Source: Saprospiraceae bacterium
GTDB taxonomy: Bacteria; Bacteroidota; Bacteroidia; Chitinophagales; Saprospiraceae
DNA length: 63,810 bases
NCBI GenBank assembly: GCA_020848965.1
Contig: JADLHE010000005.1
Span: 1 to 63,810 of the forward strand
Direction: 5' to 3'
In this document: positions 26,000-35,086 of the stretch, in pieces
Position numbering within the stretch: the stretch's first letter is position 1
How the letters are laid out: the number at the start of each line of letters is the position of its first letter
The notes under the pieces: generated by a model
Databases searched by the model: none
The model's input: the letters and a program-made list of their open reading frames with translations, nothing else
What the model was told of the DNA's origin: nothing
Translations under genes and position numbers: made by a program

Positions 26000-26341
26000 A
26001 TGACCATTGCTGAAGCACAAAAAACAGTGGACGAATGGATAAGCACCATTGGGGTCCGCTATTTCAACGAACTGACAAACACAGCCCTTTTAATGGAGGA
26101 GGTCGGTGAAATGGCCCGGTTGATGGCCCGGCTCTATGGCGAGCAGTCGTTCAAGTCAACGGAACAATCTGGCACTGCCAAGGACGATTTGGCAGACGAA
26201 ATGGCAGATGTGCTTTTCGTGCTCATCTGCCTTGCCAACCAAACTGGCGTGGACCTGACCGAGGCGCTCGGGAAGAGCTTGGAAAAGAAAACCCGCCGAG
26301 ACCTCACCCGCCATGTCACCAACGAAAAATTGAAGCCATAA
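26000..26341 (+). CDS. MazG-like nucleotide pyrophosphohydrolase
   Basis: ORF 25967..26341; ATG at 26000. LMEEVGEMARL...LADEMADVLFVLICLAN is a typical EExxE / ExxD MazG helix pair. Confidence 0.7.
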   Translation: MTIAEAQKTVDEWISTIGVRYFNELTNTALLMEEVGEMARLMARLYGEQSFKSTEQSGTAKDDLADEMADVLFVLICLANQTGVDLTEALGKSLEKKTRRDLTRHVTNEKLKP

Positions 26342-26350
26342 AACAGAAAA

Positions 26351-26380
26351 GGGCCTCGGTGCTGATGCGCCGAGGCCCTT
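26351..26380 (+). terminator. hairpin after the mazG-like gene
   Basis: GGGCCTCGG / CCGAGGCCC 9-bp GC-rich stem followed by TTT. Confidence 0.5.
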
Positions 26381-26703
26381 TAAAAAAAAGAAAAAAAGTG
26401 AGTTTAAGACCAGCTCTACCCCCCAAACGAACTGGTCTCACTCACTGTCCCGAGGCACTTCTGCCCCGAAGACGTCTTTGGATTCAAGCTGCTTTTAGGC
26501 TCGCTTGCAAGGAAGCCGGGGTGGGCTTCATCCGTCTCTTTATTGCCATTAAACTGGCTTGGGAATATAGTATGAATTCAATTTGGGTGGTTTAAGGGAA
26601 GCGGGGTTCATTCGGAAGCAAAACTCAGTGTGGGAGGATGAACAGGCTGTGCCCGAATTTAATTTTGAAATCGTCCTAATTATTCCGAAAACCGTGCCAA
26701 TTT

Positions 26704-27021
26704 TTAAATCATATTGGACAAGGCCATATTTTTTTTCGGAATATTGATAATCATATTATTGAACTTCGCCTGTTGCAATTCACTGAAAGCCTTCCTATAC
26801 TCCGCGTACTCCGTAAACTCCCGGAAGAGAACTGTATCTCCTCCATCCACATGCAATAGAATGTGAAAGCATAAGTTGCTGTTGCGATAAAAGAACTTGG
26901 TGACAAGATCCTTTACACGGTGACCAGAAATAGCTTCAACCATATTCGTACCGAATTCGGCTTCTCGCAATTCATTATTATGTCTTACAGCATTTACCAT
27001 AATTTGATATTTAGTCATCAA
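26704..27021 (-). CDS. hypothetical protein, AT-rich orphan
   Basis: 105-aa ORF with an ATG start and no motif I recognise. Its composition is visibly more AT-rich than the neighbours. Confidence 0.4.
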   Translation of the reverse strand: MMTKYQIMVNAVRHNNELREAEFGTNMVEAISGHRVKDLVTKFFYRNSNLCFHILLHVDGGDTVLFREFTEYAEYRKAFSELQQAKFNNMIINIPKKNMALSNMI

Positions 27022-27309
27022 AACAACGGTACAAGTTTACAGGCAAAACCGATGCCTTTTCTTTGCGAAATACGTGAAAGTGTGACGTCAAAAATCGCTG
27101 TTGTACATATATTTGGAATAATATGTAAAATTTAACATGCTTTTCAAGCCCAATAAAAACAGTCATTTTGTCAGTTAAAAGCCGATGGCACGTGCTTTGA
27201 AAAGTCTTTTTTTGCCAACAGATATTTTAATAAAAATGATTTGTGGCGATTTTGATGGGCAAAAGCCCAATTTGCTTCTAAAACAATCATTATCAATAAA
27301 TAACAAAAA

Positions 27310-29181
27310 ATGCAAAAAGGCAATATCTCTGTTCAATCAGAAAACATTTTTCCAATCATCAAAAAGTTCCTGTACTCGGACCACGAGATTTTCTTGCGGG
27401 AACTTGTTGCGAACGCAATTGATGCCACCACAAAACTCAAATCCGTGGCCTCCCGTGGCGAGCTGAAAGGCGAAGTGGGCGACCTAACCGTAGAAGTAAT
27501 TGTGGATAAAACGGCAGGGACGCTGACGATTCGTGACAAGGGTATCGGAATGAGCGAGGAGGAGGTGAACAAGTACTTGGGCCAAATTGCCATTTCCAGT
27601 GCTGCGGAATTTGTGGAAAAATACCAGGGCGAACACAATATCATCGGAAAGTTCGGCCTTGGGTTTTATTCGGCCTTCATGGTCGCTGACCGCGTAGAGG
27701 TGAACACCAAATCTTGGCGGGAAGGCGAGGGCGCAGTTCATTGGACTTGCGATGGCAACCCAGAGTTCCAACTTGCGCCCAGCGAAAAAACGAGTCGAGG
27801 CACCGACATCATCCTTCATATCAGTGATGATAGCAAGGAGTTCCTCGAAGACAACCGCATTGAGGAACTGCTGAAAAAATACTGCAAGTTCCTGCCAATT
27901 TCCATTAAATTCGGTACCCGCAAAGAAAGCATAGATGAGGGCGAGGGCGAAGAAAAGACCACCAAAGAGGTGGAGGTGGACAATATCATCAACAACCCAG
28001 CACCAGCCTGGAAAAAGCAGCCCAATGACCTGACGGACGAGGACTATAAAAACTTCTACGAAGAGCTTTATCCGTACAGCTACCAGACGCCCATGTTCTG
28101 GATTCACCTCAATATTGATTACCCGTTCAACCTAACGGGCATTCTTTACTTCCCCAAACTGGGCAATGCAATGGAGGTTCAGAAGAACAAAATTCAATTG
28201 TACTGCAACCAGGTCTATGTGACCGATGAGGTGAAAGAAATCGTGCCTGACTTCCTCACGCTCCTGCACGGCGTTATTGACTCGCCGGATATTCCGTTGA
28301 ACGTGAGCCGCAGCTATCTCCAGAGCGATAGCAACGTTCGGAAAATCACGGGCTATATCACCAAAAAAGTAGCCGACAAACTCCATGAACTTTTCAAAGC
28401 TGATAGAAAGGCGTTTGAAGATAAATGGAACGACCTCGGCGTGTTCGTTAAGTATGGCATGTTGTCCGATGAGAAGTTCCATGAGCGGGCAATGGACTTC
28501 GTGCTGCTCAAAAATGTGGACGGGGCGTTTTCCACTGTTGAAGATTACCGCAGCAAGGTGAAAGATGCTCAAACTGACAAGCACAACCGCACTGTGCTGC
28601 TCTATACCCATAACAAGGATGAGCACCATAGCCTCATCGAAGCGGCAAAGGAGCGTGGTTACGATGTCTTGGAGTTCGACAATATGATTGACGCCCACTT
28701 CATGCAGCATTTGGAGCATAAACTGAAGGACGTGACCTTCGTGCGGGTGGATTCTGATACGGTGGACAACCTTGTTCAGAAGGATGAAAAGCAGGAAAGT
28801 GTACTAAGTGAAAAGGGACAGGAGAGCGTGAAAGCTGTTTTCGAAGAATTGGTGAAGGACAAAAAAGGGCCTACCGTGAACCTGAAGCCGCTTTCGCCCA
28901 ATGACCAGCCTGTTCAGATTACCCGCCCTGAGTTCATGCGGCGCATGAAGGAAATGCAGGCGCTGCAAGGTGGCGGCTTCGGCGACTTTGGCGATATGTA
29001 CAATGTGGTGGTGAACACCAACCATCCGTTTGTGGCCGAAAAGCTGCTAAAACTGCAAGATGGCGACGAGCGAAATGCCCTCGGAAAGCACCTGCTCGAC
29101 CTTGCCTTGTTGAACCAAGGCATGTTGAAAGGGGCTGAGCTAAGCGCCTTTGTGAAGAAGAGTTTGGAGTTTCTGAAGTAA
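27310..29181 (+). CDS. htpG: molecular chaperone HtpG (Hsp90)
   Basis: FLRELVANAIDA, GKFGLGFYSAFMVA; 623 aa. Confidence 0.95.
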   Translation: MQKGNISVQSENIFPIIKKFLYSDHEIFLRELVANAIDATTKLKSVASRGELKGEVGDLTVEVIVDKTAGTLTIRDKGIGMSEEEVNKYLGQIAISSAAEFVEKYQGEHNIIGKFGLGFYSAFMVADRVEVNTKSWREGEGAVHWTCDGNPEFQLAPSEKTSRGTDIILHISDDSKEFLEDNRIEELLKKYCKFLPISIKFGTRKESIDEGEGEEKTTKEVEVDNIINNPAPAWKKQPNDLTDEDYKNFYEELYPYSYQTPMFWIHLNIDYPFNLTGILYFPKLGNAMEVQKNKIQLYCNQVYVTDEVKEIVPDFLTLLHGVIDSPDIPLNVSRSYLQSDSNVRKITGYITKKVADKLHELFKADRKAFEDKWNDLGVFVKYGMLSDEKFHERAMDFVLLKNVDGAFSTVEDYRSKVKDAQTDKHNRTVLLYTHNKDEHHSLIEAAKERGYDVLEFDNMIDAHFMQHLEHKLKDVTFVRVDSDTVDNLVQKDEKQESVLSEKGQESVKAVFEELVKDKKGPTVNLKPLSPNDQPVQITRPEFMRRMKEMQALQGGGFGDFGDMYNVVVNTNHPFVAEKLLKLQDGDERNALGKHLLDLALLNQGMLKGAELSAFVKKSLEFLK

Positions 29182-29190
29182 TTGAACACT

Positions 29191-29217
29191 CGTTGAGCCG
29201 TCCTTGGCGGCTCAACG
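29191..29217 (+). terminator. hairpin after htpG
   Basis: CGTTGAGCCG / CGGCTCAACG 10-bp stem. Poor U-tract. Confidence 0.4.
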
Positions 29218-29231
29218 CTTTGGATTGATTG

Positions 29232-29280
29232 AAAAGAAAAATGGCCGTCCACTCAGGTAAGTGGCGGCCATTTTTCTTTT
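29232..29280. terminator. bidirectional terminator between convergent htpG and the S41 protease gene
   Basis: AAAAGAAAAATGGCCG / CGGCCATTTTTCTTTT 16-bp arms. A/T-rich flanks are part of the stem. Confidence 0.6.
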
Positions 29281-29310
29281 GTGCGGATTGCGCAAAAGCT
29301 CCCAGTTGGC

Positions 29311-31410
29311 TTATTTTATCATCAGCATATCGTGCATGATGTTCAGCGTTTCGAGGAGGTAAACGTCTTTTCTGACATCCTTCAACCACTCGTCGTTGCG
29401 GGCTTTTTTGCTTTCGTCGGCAGTGATGCTCGCCATGTCAACGGGCAGGTTTTGGATGCTGGTCAGTACGTCTTTATCAAAAAGTTTATCGTAGGTGCCG
29501 TCTTCCTCATCGAGTTTTTTGTTTTCGGCCAAGTAGGCGTCAAGGTTGAGGCTGTGGTCGGTATCGTCCCGTAGCTCCTTCACTCGGCGGGCACGCTGGT
29601 CAATCTTTTGGAAAACCTCGTTCGACTTGATGCGGGCTTCGGCCATTTGCTTGATTTGTGGTAGCGCAGCCAATGAATAAACCTTCTGGCCATAAGGCAC
29701 GGGGTCTATCTGGGTCCATTCCATCGGGAAGTCTTCCTCTTTTTCACCCGTTTCGACATACAACCAGTTGTCTGGCAGTATGATGTCGGGGGTCACGCCC
29801 TTGAGCTGTGTGGAGCCGCCATTTACCCTAAAGAATTTCTGCACGGTGAGTTTCACCTCGCCGAGTGGCTTCACTTCTGGGTTGCCCCGCACTACCGCAT
29901 CGAGGTCGAAGAAGCGCTGCACGGTGCCCTTGCCAAAAGTGCTGGTGCTCGTGCCCACGATGATGGCCCGGCCATAGTCTTGCAGCGCAGCCGCCAAGAT
30001 TTCGGAGGCGGAGGCGCTGAACTGGTCAACCATGACGATGAGCGCACCTTTGTACTGTACGGATGGGTCGTCGTCGGTGAGTACCTCTGGCGTGCGGGAG
30101 CGGGACTTCACCTGCACAATGGGGCCTTCTTCTACGAAGTAGCCGCCCATCTTCACCACGTCACGCAGCGAACCGCCGCCATTGCCACGCAGGTCGAGGA
30201 TGATGCCCTGCACATTGGCCTGTTGCAGTTTTTCCAATTCAACGGCGATGTCTTCGGCGCAGCGACGACCGTCCTTGTTCTGGAAATCGGCATAGAATTT
30301 CGGCAAGCGAATATAGCCGATGCGCTCGCCTTGCGGAGCGTCAATCAGCAGCGATTTGGCAAAGCCTTCTTCAAGTATAACCACATCACGCACCACGGTA
30401 ATTTCTTCGGTGGTATTGCCTTCGGCTTTTTTGATGGCAAGTGTCACCTTGGTATTAGGCTTGCCCCGAATGAGTTGCACCACATCGTTGATGACCATGC
30501 CCGTCAGGTCGGTCCATTCGGCTTGGCCTTCTTGTTTTACTTTCAGAATCTTATCGTTTTCCTTCAAAATGCCCTGCTTCCACACTGGGCCACCTACAAT
30601 GATTTCACTCACTTTGGTGAATTCACCATCCGTTTGAAGGCGGGCGCCGATGCCCTCCAAGCGGCCTGACATTCCGATGTCGAAGTTCTGCTTGTCCACC
30701 GGCTCGTAGTACTCGGTGTGCGGGTCGAAGATATTGGTGAAGGCATTGAGGTACATGCTGAGAAAATCGGTGCGCTTGCGCTTTTCCAAGCGGTCGTACC
30801 AATCGTCATAAACCTTGAGGGCGTCTTTGCGGGCCTCAGCTTCGAGTTCCTCGGCGGTTTTGTCCTTGAAATCGGCTTCACCTTTTTCCTTTTTTTCCAG
30901 TTTTTCGGTGAGGCGGGTCAGGGTCTCCCACTTCATCTGTTTGCGCCAATATTCCTTCAGTTCTTGGTCGTTTTTGGCAAAAGCCTTTTTCTCTCCATCC
31001 AATTCGATGGTCTCGTTTTGTTTGAAATCAAAGGGCTTTGACAACAGCTCACGGTACCAAGCCTGTGTTTTGCGGATGCCCGCCTCCTGCAACTGCGTGG
31101 CGAGGTCGAGGAAAGCGAAGGTGCCTTCGTTGGCCTCGTTGTCGAGCTTCATTTTCCAAGCCTCCAACTGCTTTACATCGGATTGCGTGAGCCAACGGCG
31201 GCTGCCGTCGAGGCGCTCGATGAAAAGGCCGTACACCTTCTCCGAGAGGGCGTCGTTGACCTCCAGCGGCTGGTAGTGGTAGTAGTTGAGTTCAGTGAGG
31301 ATGGACTCCATGAGCGTCGCCTCCTTCTGCGCATTGTTTACTGGAAAGTAGAAAGCCAGAAACAGGCCGGCAGCGGCAACAAGGGCGAGCAAGAGACCTT
31401 TGTTTTTCAT
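29311..31410 (-). CDS. S41-family carboxy-terminal processing (tail-specific) protease
   Basis: ORF 29311..31464; the ATG at 31410 gives MKNKGLLLALVAAAG (signal/anchor). PDZ-like region, RGNGGGSL and VDQFSASASEILAAAL catalytic-Ser context. Confidence 0.85.
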   Translation of the reverse strand: MKNKGLLLALVAAAGLFLAFYFPVNNAQKEATLMESILTELNYYHYQPLEVNDALSEKVYGLFIERLDGSRRWLTQSDVKQLEAWKMKLDNEANEGTFAFLDLATQLQEAGIRKTQAWYRELLSKPFDFKQNETIELDGEKKAFAKNDQELKEYWRKQMKWETLTRLTEKLEKKEKGEADFKDKTAEELEAEARKDALKVYDDWYDRLEKRKRTDFLSMYLNAFTNIFDPHTEYYEPVDKQNFDIGMSGRLEGIGARLQTDGEFTKVSEIIVGGPVWKQGILKENDKILKVKQEGQAEWTDLTGMVINDVVQLIRGKPNTKVTLAIKKAEGNTTEEITVVRDVVILEEGFAKSLLIDAPQGERIGYIRLPKFYADFQNKDGRRCAEDIAVELEKLQQANVQGIILDLRGNGGGSLRDVVKMGGYFVEEGPIVQVKSRSRTPEVLTDDDPSVQYKGALIVMVDQFSASASEILAAALQDYGRAIIVGTSTSTFGKGTVQRFFDLDAVVRGNPEVKPLGEVKLTVQKFFRVNGGSTQLKGVTPDIILPDNWLYVETGEKEEDFPMEWTQIDPVPYGQKVYSLAALPQIKQMAEARIKSNEVFQKIDQRARRVKELRDDTDHSLNLDAYLAENKKLDEEDGTYDKLFDKDVLTSIQNLPVDMASITADESKKARNDEWLKDVRKDVYLLETLNIMHDMLMIK

Positions 31411-31851
31411 AATCACTTCTTTTATGCGGTTAACAAATGTTGTAGGTTGAGGATGGTCAATCATCTTCGTATGGTTGTTGAACGAAATCAGGCTTCAAAG
31501 TTAAGGGCCTCTACGCAGAATCCCAATTCGCCAACAAGTTTACAATTATAGCCGTTGAAATGTTTATGCCCAAAACGGGCGGGGGGCAGACTTTAACGGC
31601 GTTTTAACCACCGCCGCTTAGAGACGTATTTTTTTGTAAATGATTGCATTGCGTGGCAAAATTCCTGATGCTTATGCGTGTTTTCGGCCAAATTGCTTGC
31701 CAAAGGCAAGCAGAATCCTATGTTGTTTCAATAAAAGCCTCTTTTGTAATTGAAAAAATGTTTGTTGCAACCTGTTGGCGTTTCTTTTAAAACTGCAAAG
31801 CTATTTGTACATTTTTCAGCAGAGGGCATGAAGAACTGGCTATGCCTAAGT

Positions 31852-32394
31852 TCAATTATCCGAAAACCGAAACCCGTCCAAGTACATTTGTTGCAGATTA
31901 AAAATAGGGTACTCGGTTGCGCCATATATCATCATGATGGCGAGAGCTTTGGGGTTCACCCAACCTTTCACGGCGTATTGAACACTGTCAGCGCCCTCCC
32001 AATAGTCAATCACCCCACGGGCGTCGGGTGCAGTTTCGAGGGTATGGCCCCTGCCCACCCCTGCCGAGGTGGTGATGCCAAATTGTTCTTGCAAAAAAGC
32101 CATGTAGCTAATGAGCAATTCCTCCATTTCTTCTGGCGAAGAATCTGTGAACGGCTCTGCAAATTTCACGGTGATGCATGCAAAATGAAAGCCATCCACT
32201 TCCGCCTCGCCGGTATAAACATCCGCACCGTCCTCCGATTTACTGGGCGTGAACTCGCTCATGCCCGCAGGGAAATACCCATAGCAGCCCGATTGCCCTA
32301 TCGCCATTTTCGATAGGCGAGGCACGTTGTTTTGGGCAGATAGAAAACAAGGGAAAACGGCAACAAGGACGAGCAGAAAGGACAGGTACTTCAT
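31852..32394 (-). CDS. secreted hypothetical protein
   Basis: Signal peptide MKYLSFLLVLVAVFPCFLSAQ; 180 aa. Confidence 0.55.
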   Translation of the reverse strand: MKYLSFLLVLVAVFPCFLSAQNNVPRLSKMAIGQSGCYGYFPAGMSEFTPSKSEDGADVYTGEAEVDGFHFACITVKFAEPFTDSSPEEMEELLISYMAFLQEQFGITTSAGVGRGHTLETAPDARGVIDYWEGADSVQYAVKGWVNPKALAIMMIYGATEYPIFNLQQMYLDGFRFSDN

Positions 32395-32487
32395 TTTGAT
32401 GGATTTTTATAGGTAAACGGAGAGTCAAATCCATGCCATAAAGCACATGTGGGGCAGCGTATTGATTTTTGCAAAAAGCGAAATTTC

Positions 32488-32647
32488 AATGGTTTGAGGT
32501 TTCTGGTTTCAAGTTCCACGGTAAAGGCCTGCTAAATCATTTTTCAGTAGGTTCTTTGGTCAAACCAATCGTTTTGAAAATGCGATTTATTTGAAATTGA
32601 ACCAGAAACTCCATGAAACCTTAAACTTGAAACCTTCACGAACCATT
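32488..32647. repeat. ~160-bp palindromic MITE/REP-like element, copy 2
   Basis: Termini AATGGTTTGAGGTTTCTGGTTTCAAG... and ...CTTGAAACCTTCACGAACCATT. Same ends and length as 18210..18369. The element ends 5 nt from the stop codon at 32652. Confidence 0.6.
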
Positions 32648-32651
32648 GATA

Positions 32652-33350
32652 TTACAAATCTCCCAACTGTGGCCTAATGACGATTTCTTCCACTACAGCA
32701 GAAGGCCCCATTTGCCAAGCGCTCCAAACGGCAAGTGCTATGTCACTTGCTTGCATCAAGCGGCTTTCGGGAAGGGTGACACCCGCCCAACTGTCCGACC
32801 ACGTGGCGCCGGGCATGATGGAGGTCACTTTGATGCCCTTCGTTTTTAGCTCTTCCCGCAGCACTTTGGAGAACCCCAACAAGGCAAACTTGGATATGGT
32901 ATAGGAGCCGCCGCCGGGGTAGGCAATCAAGCTCGCAATGCTGCACATATTGAAGATGTGGCCGCTGCCCTTGGCGAGCATCACAGGCAGCATTGCTCGT
33001 GTGAAATAGTAGGCGCTGTAAAGGTTCGTCTCTATTTGCATTTCCAATTGCCCATCGGGCTCGGCGGTGATTTCGCCGGAAAGGAAAACCCCGGTATTGT
33101 TGACGAGACAATCCACTTCGCCCCATGTTTGCTTCACAAATTCGGCGAAGGCCAGAACTTCAGGTTTCTGGCGCATATCGGTAGCCCTTGTGAGCACTTC
33201 GATGCCGTATTTGGCTTCAAACTCCTTTTTGAAAGCAGCCAAATCGGCTTCCGAACGGGCACAAACCTCAAGGTCGAAGCCCTCGGAAGCAAATTTTTCG
33301 GCAATGGCCCTGCCAATGCCTTTGGTGGCACCTGTGATGATGATTTTCAT
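32652..33350 (-). CDS. short-chain dehydrogenase/reductase (SDR)
   Basis: TGATKGIGRA Rossmann motif, NNTG, and YTISK (YxxxK). Confidence 0.85.
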   Translation of the reverse strand: MKIIITGATKGIGRAIAEKFASEGFDLEVCARSEADLAAFKKEFEAKYGIEVLTRATDMRQKPEVLAFAEFVKQTWGEVDCLVNNTGVFLSGEITAEPDGQLEMQIETNLYSAYYFTRAMLPVMLAKGSGHIFNMCSIASLIAYPGGGSYTISKFALLGFSKVLREELKTKGIKVTSIMPGATWSDSWAGVTLPESRLMQASDIALAVWSAWQMGPSAVVEEIVIRPQLGDL

Positions 33351-33378
33351 TGAATAGAAGAATAAAATCAGAACACAA

Positions 33379-33864
33379 CTAGACCGTGGTCAACACGTCA
33401 ATCACCGTTTTCAAAGCGACAAACATTGGTTCCTGGCCTTCGGCAGTGAGGGTGAAAGGCTGCCCATCTTCGTTTTCGGCTTCGCCAATGATGGCATCTT
33501 CCACAAAGGCCATGAGGTCTTCTTGTGGCGATTTTTCGTAGAAAATATCCAACCGCTTATGAAAATCGGTGGATTTTGATGTTTCCATCAATGACCAATT
33601 GGCTTCCTCGGCAGCGCTAATTTCTTCTTCGCTCAGCATTGGAAGCTCGCCGGGCTGGCCTTCCTGTATGGATTTGTAAATGACAAGGGCCAAATACAAC
33701 AGGAAATCTTCCTCATCTTGTGAGAAAACGCCTTCGTTGTCACCGATGAGGTAGGAAAAAATGGCAGGCTGCTCGCTGGCGAACTCCTGTACGGCCTGCT
33801 CGTAGTCTATGGCTTGGGTGTCGAATTTGTCGAGCACCTTGTCAATGATGTCTTCTGAAATCAT
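33379..33864 (-). CDS. acidic hypothetical protein
   Basis: ORF 33379..33897; the ATG at 33864 gives MISEDIIDKV. Strongly D/E-rich. Confidence 0.5.
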   Translation of the reverse strand: MISEDIIDKVLDKFDTQAIDYEQAVQEFASEQPAIFSYLIGDNEGVFSQDEEDFLLYLALVIYKSIQEGQPGELPMLSEEEISAAEEANWSLMETSKSTDFHKRLDIFYEKSPQEDLMAFVEDAIIGEAENEDGQPFTLTAEGQEPMFVALKTVIDVLTTV

Positions 33865-33958
33865 GAATTGAAAATAAGTGATGGAAATATGCCACAAAAG
33901 TAGTGCGCTTCAAGTTCATACTTTTGCATTTCTGTCAATACCACCAGATATTCTTTTT

Positions 33959-34984
33959 GTGAAACTCTACCGCCACGACATCCGCAACTTTCTCGGCAAG
34001 CTCACGCTGCGCCGGGCTTGGAACGTGGCAAAAATTTTCAGCTCCTATCACCTCACTCGTTGGCTACGCCGCCCTGTTCAGTGGGGCCTGCCCATGACCA
34101 TCTCGCTGGAACCGACCACAGCTTGCAACCTGCGCTGCCCCGAATGTCCCAGCGGGCTTCGTGCCTTTACCCGCCCTACGGGCAATTTGAAGGAAGATTT
34201 TTTCCGGAAAACCATTGATGAATTGCATCGGGAGCTGCTCTACCTCATCTTTTATTTTCAAGGCGAGCCATACATCAACCCTAAGTTCCTTGACATGGTG
34301 CAGCACGCCCGGAGCCGGGGCCTCTACACCATCACCAGCACCAACGGTCATTTTCTCAACGATGAAAACGCCCGCCGCACTATCGAGTCGGGGCTGGATC
34401 GGCTCATCATTTCCGTGGATGGCACCACTCAGGACACCTACGAGAGCTACCGCAAAGAGGGCAAGCTGGAGGTCGTTTTGCAGGGCGCAAGGAATGTGGT
34501 GAAATGGAAAAAGCAGTTGAAATCAAAGACGCCGCACCTCATTTTCCAGTTCCTCGTCGTGCGGCCCAATGAGCACCAAATCCCCGAAATCTATCGCCTC
34601 GCCGAGGAAATCGGCATTGACGAAGTCAAATTGAAAACGGCCCAAGTCTATGACTTCGAGCATGGCAACGACCTGATTCCCACCTTGAAAAAATATGCCC
34701 GTTACGAAGAGGAAAAAGACGGAACCTGGCGGGTGAAAAACCAGTTGCTCAATCACTGCTGGAAGCTATGGCATGCCTGCGTCATCACTTGGGACGGCCT
34801 CGTGGTGCCCTGCTGCTTCGATAAGGACGCCCTGCACCGGCTCGGCGATTTGAAGCAAAAAACCTTCAAGGAAATATGGAACGGTGCCGATTATGGCCGC
34901 TTCCGAAGCTCGCTGTTGGCCGGACGTGACCAGATTGATATTTGCAAGAACTGCACGGAAGGTTGTACGGTGTGGGCGGAGTGA
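33959..34984 (+). CDS. radical SAM / SPASM-domain protein
   Basis: ORF 33878..34984. CNLRCPEC (CxxxCxxC). C-terminal Cys-rich region CWKLWHACVITWDGLVVPCCFD...CKNCTEGC. The start is uncertain; the in-frame GTG at 33959 was chosen to avoid overlap with the divergent gene. Confidence 0.75.
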   Translation: MKLYRHDIRNFLGKLTLRRAWNVAKIFSSYHLTRWLRRPVQWGLPMTISLEPTTACNLRCPECPSGLRAFTRPTGNLKEDFFRKTIDELHRELLYLIFYFQGEPYINPKFLDMVQHARSRGLYTITSTNGHFLNDENARRTIESGLDRLIISVDGTTQDTYESYRKEGKLEVVLQGARNVVKWKKQLKSKTPHLIFQFLVVRPNEHQIPEIYRLAEEIGIDEVKLKTAQVYDFEHGNDLIPTLKKYARYEEEKDGTWRVKNQLLNHCWKLWHACVITWDGLVVPCCFDKDALHRLGDLKQKTFKEIWNGADYGRFRSSLLAGRDQIDICKNCTEGCTVWAE

Positions 34985-35011
34985 CTTTCGAGGTTGATGT
35001 GGTTTATGAAA

Positions 35012-35058
35012 TTGATAAGGGTTGATGGGGTACCTGCGACTCCATCAACCCTTATCAA
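35012..35058. terminator. 17-bp perfect hairpin between convergent radical-SAM and sodA genes, built from TTGATAAGGG-type words
   Basis: TTGATAAGGGTTGATGG (35012-35028) and CCATCAACCCTTATCAA (35042-35058). Imperfect extension of the arms spans 34991..35079. Confidence 0.55.
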
Positions 35059-35086
35059 CTTTTATCAACCCTTCATAAACCAAGTA

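Noticed and set aside
26359-26595. 78-aa plus-strand ORF after the mazG-like gene
   Set aside because: It starts inside the terminator hairpin, and its Arg/Pro/Leu-rich composition does not look like a protein.
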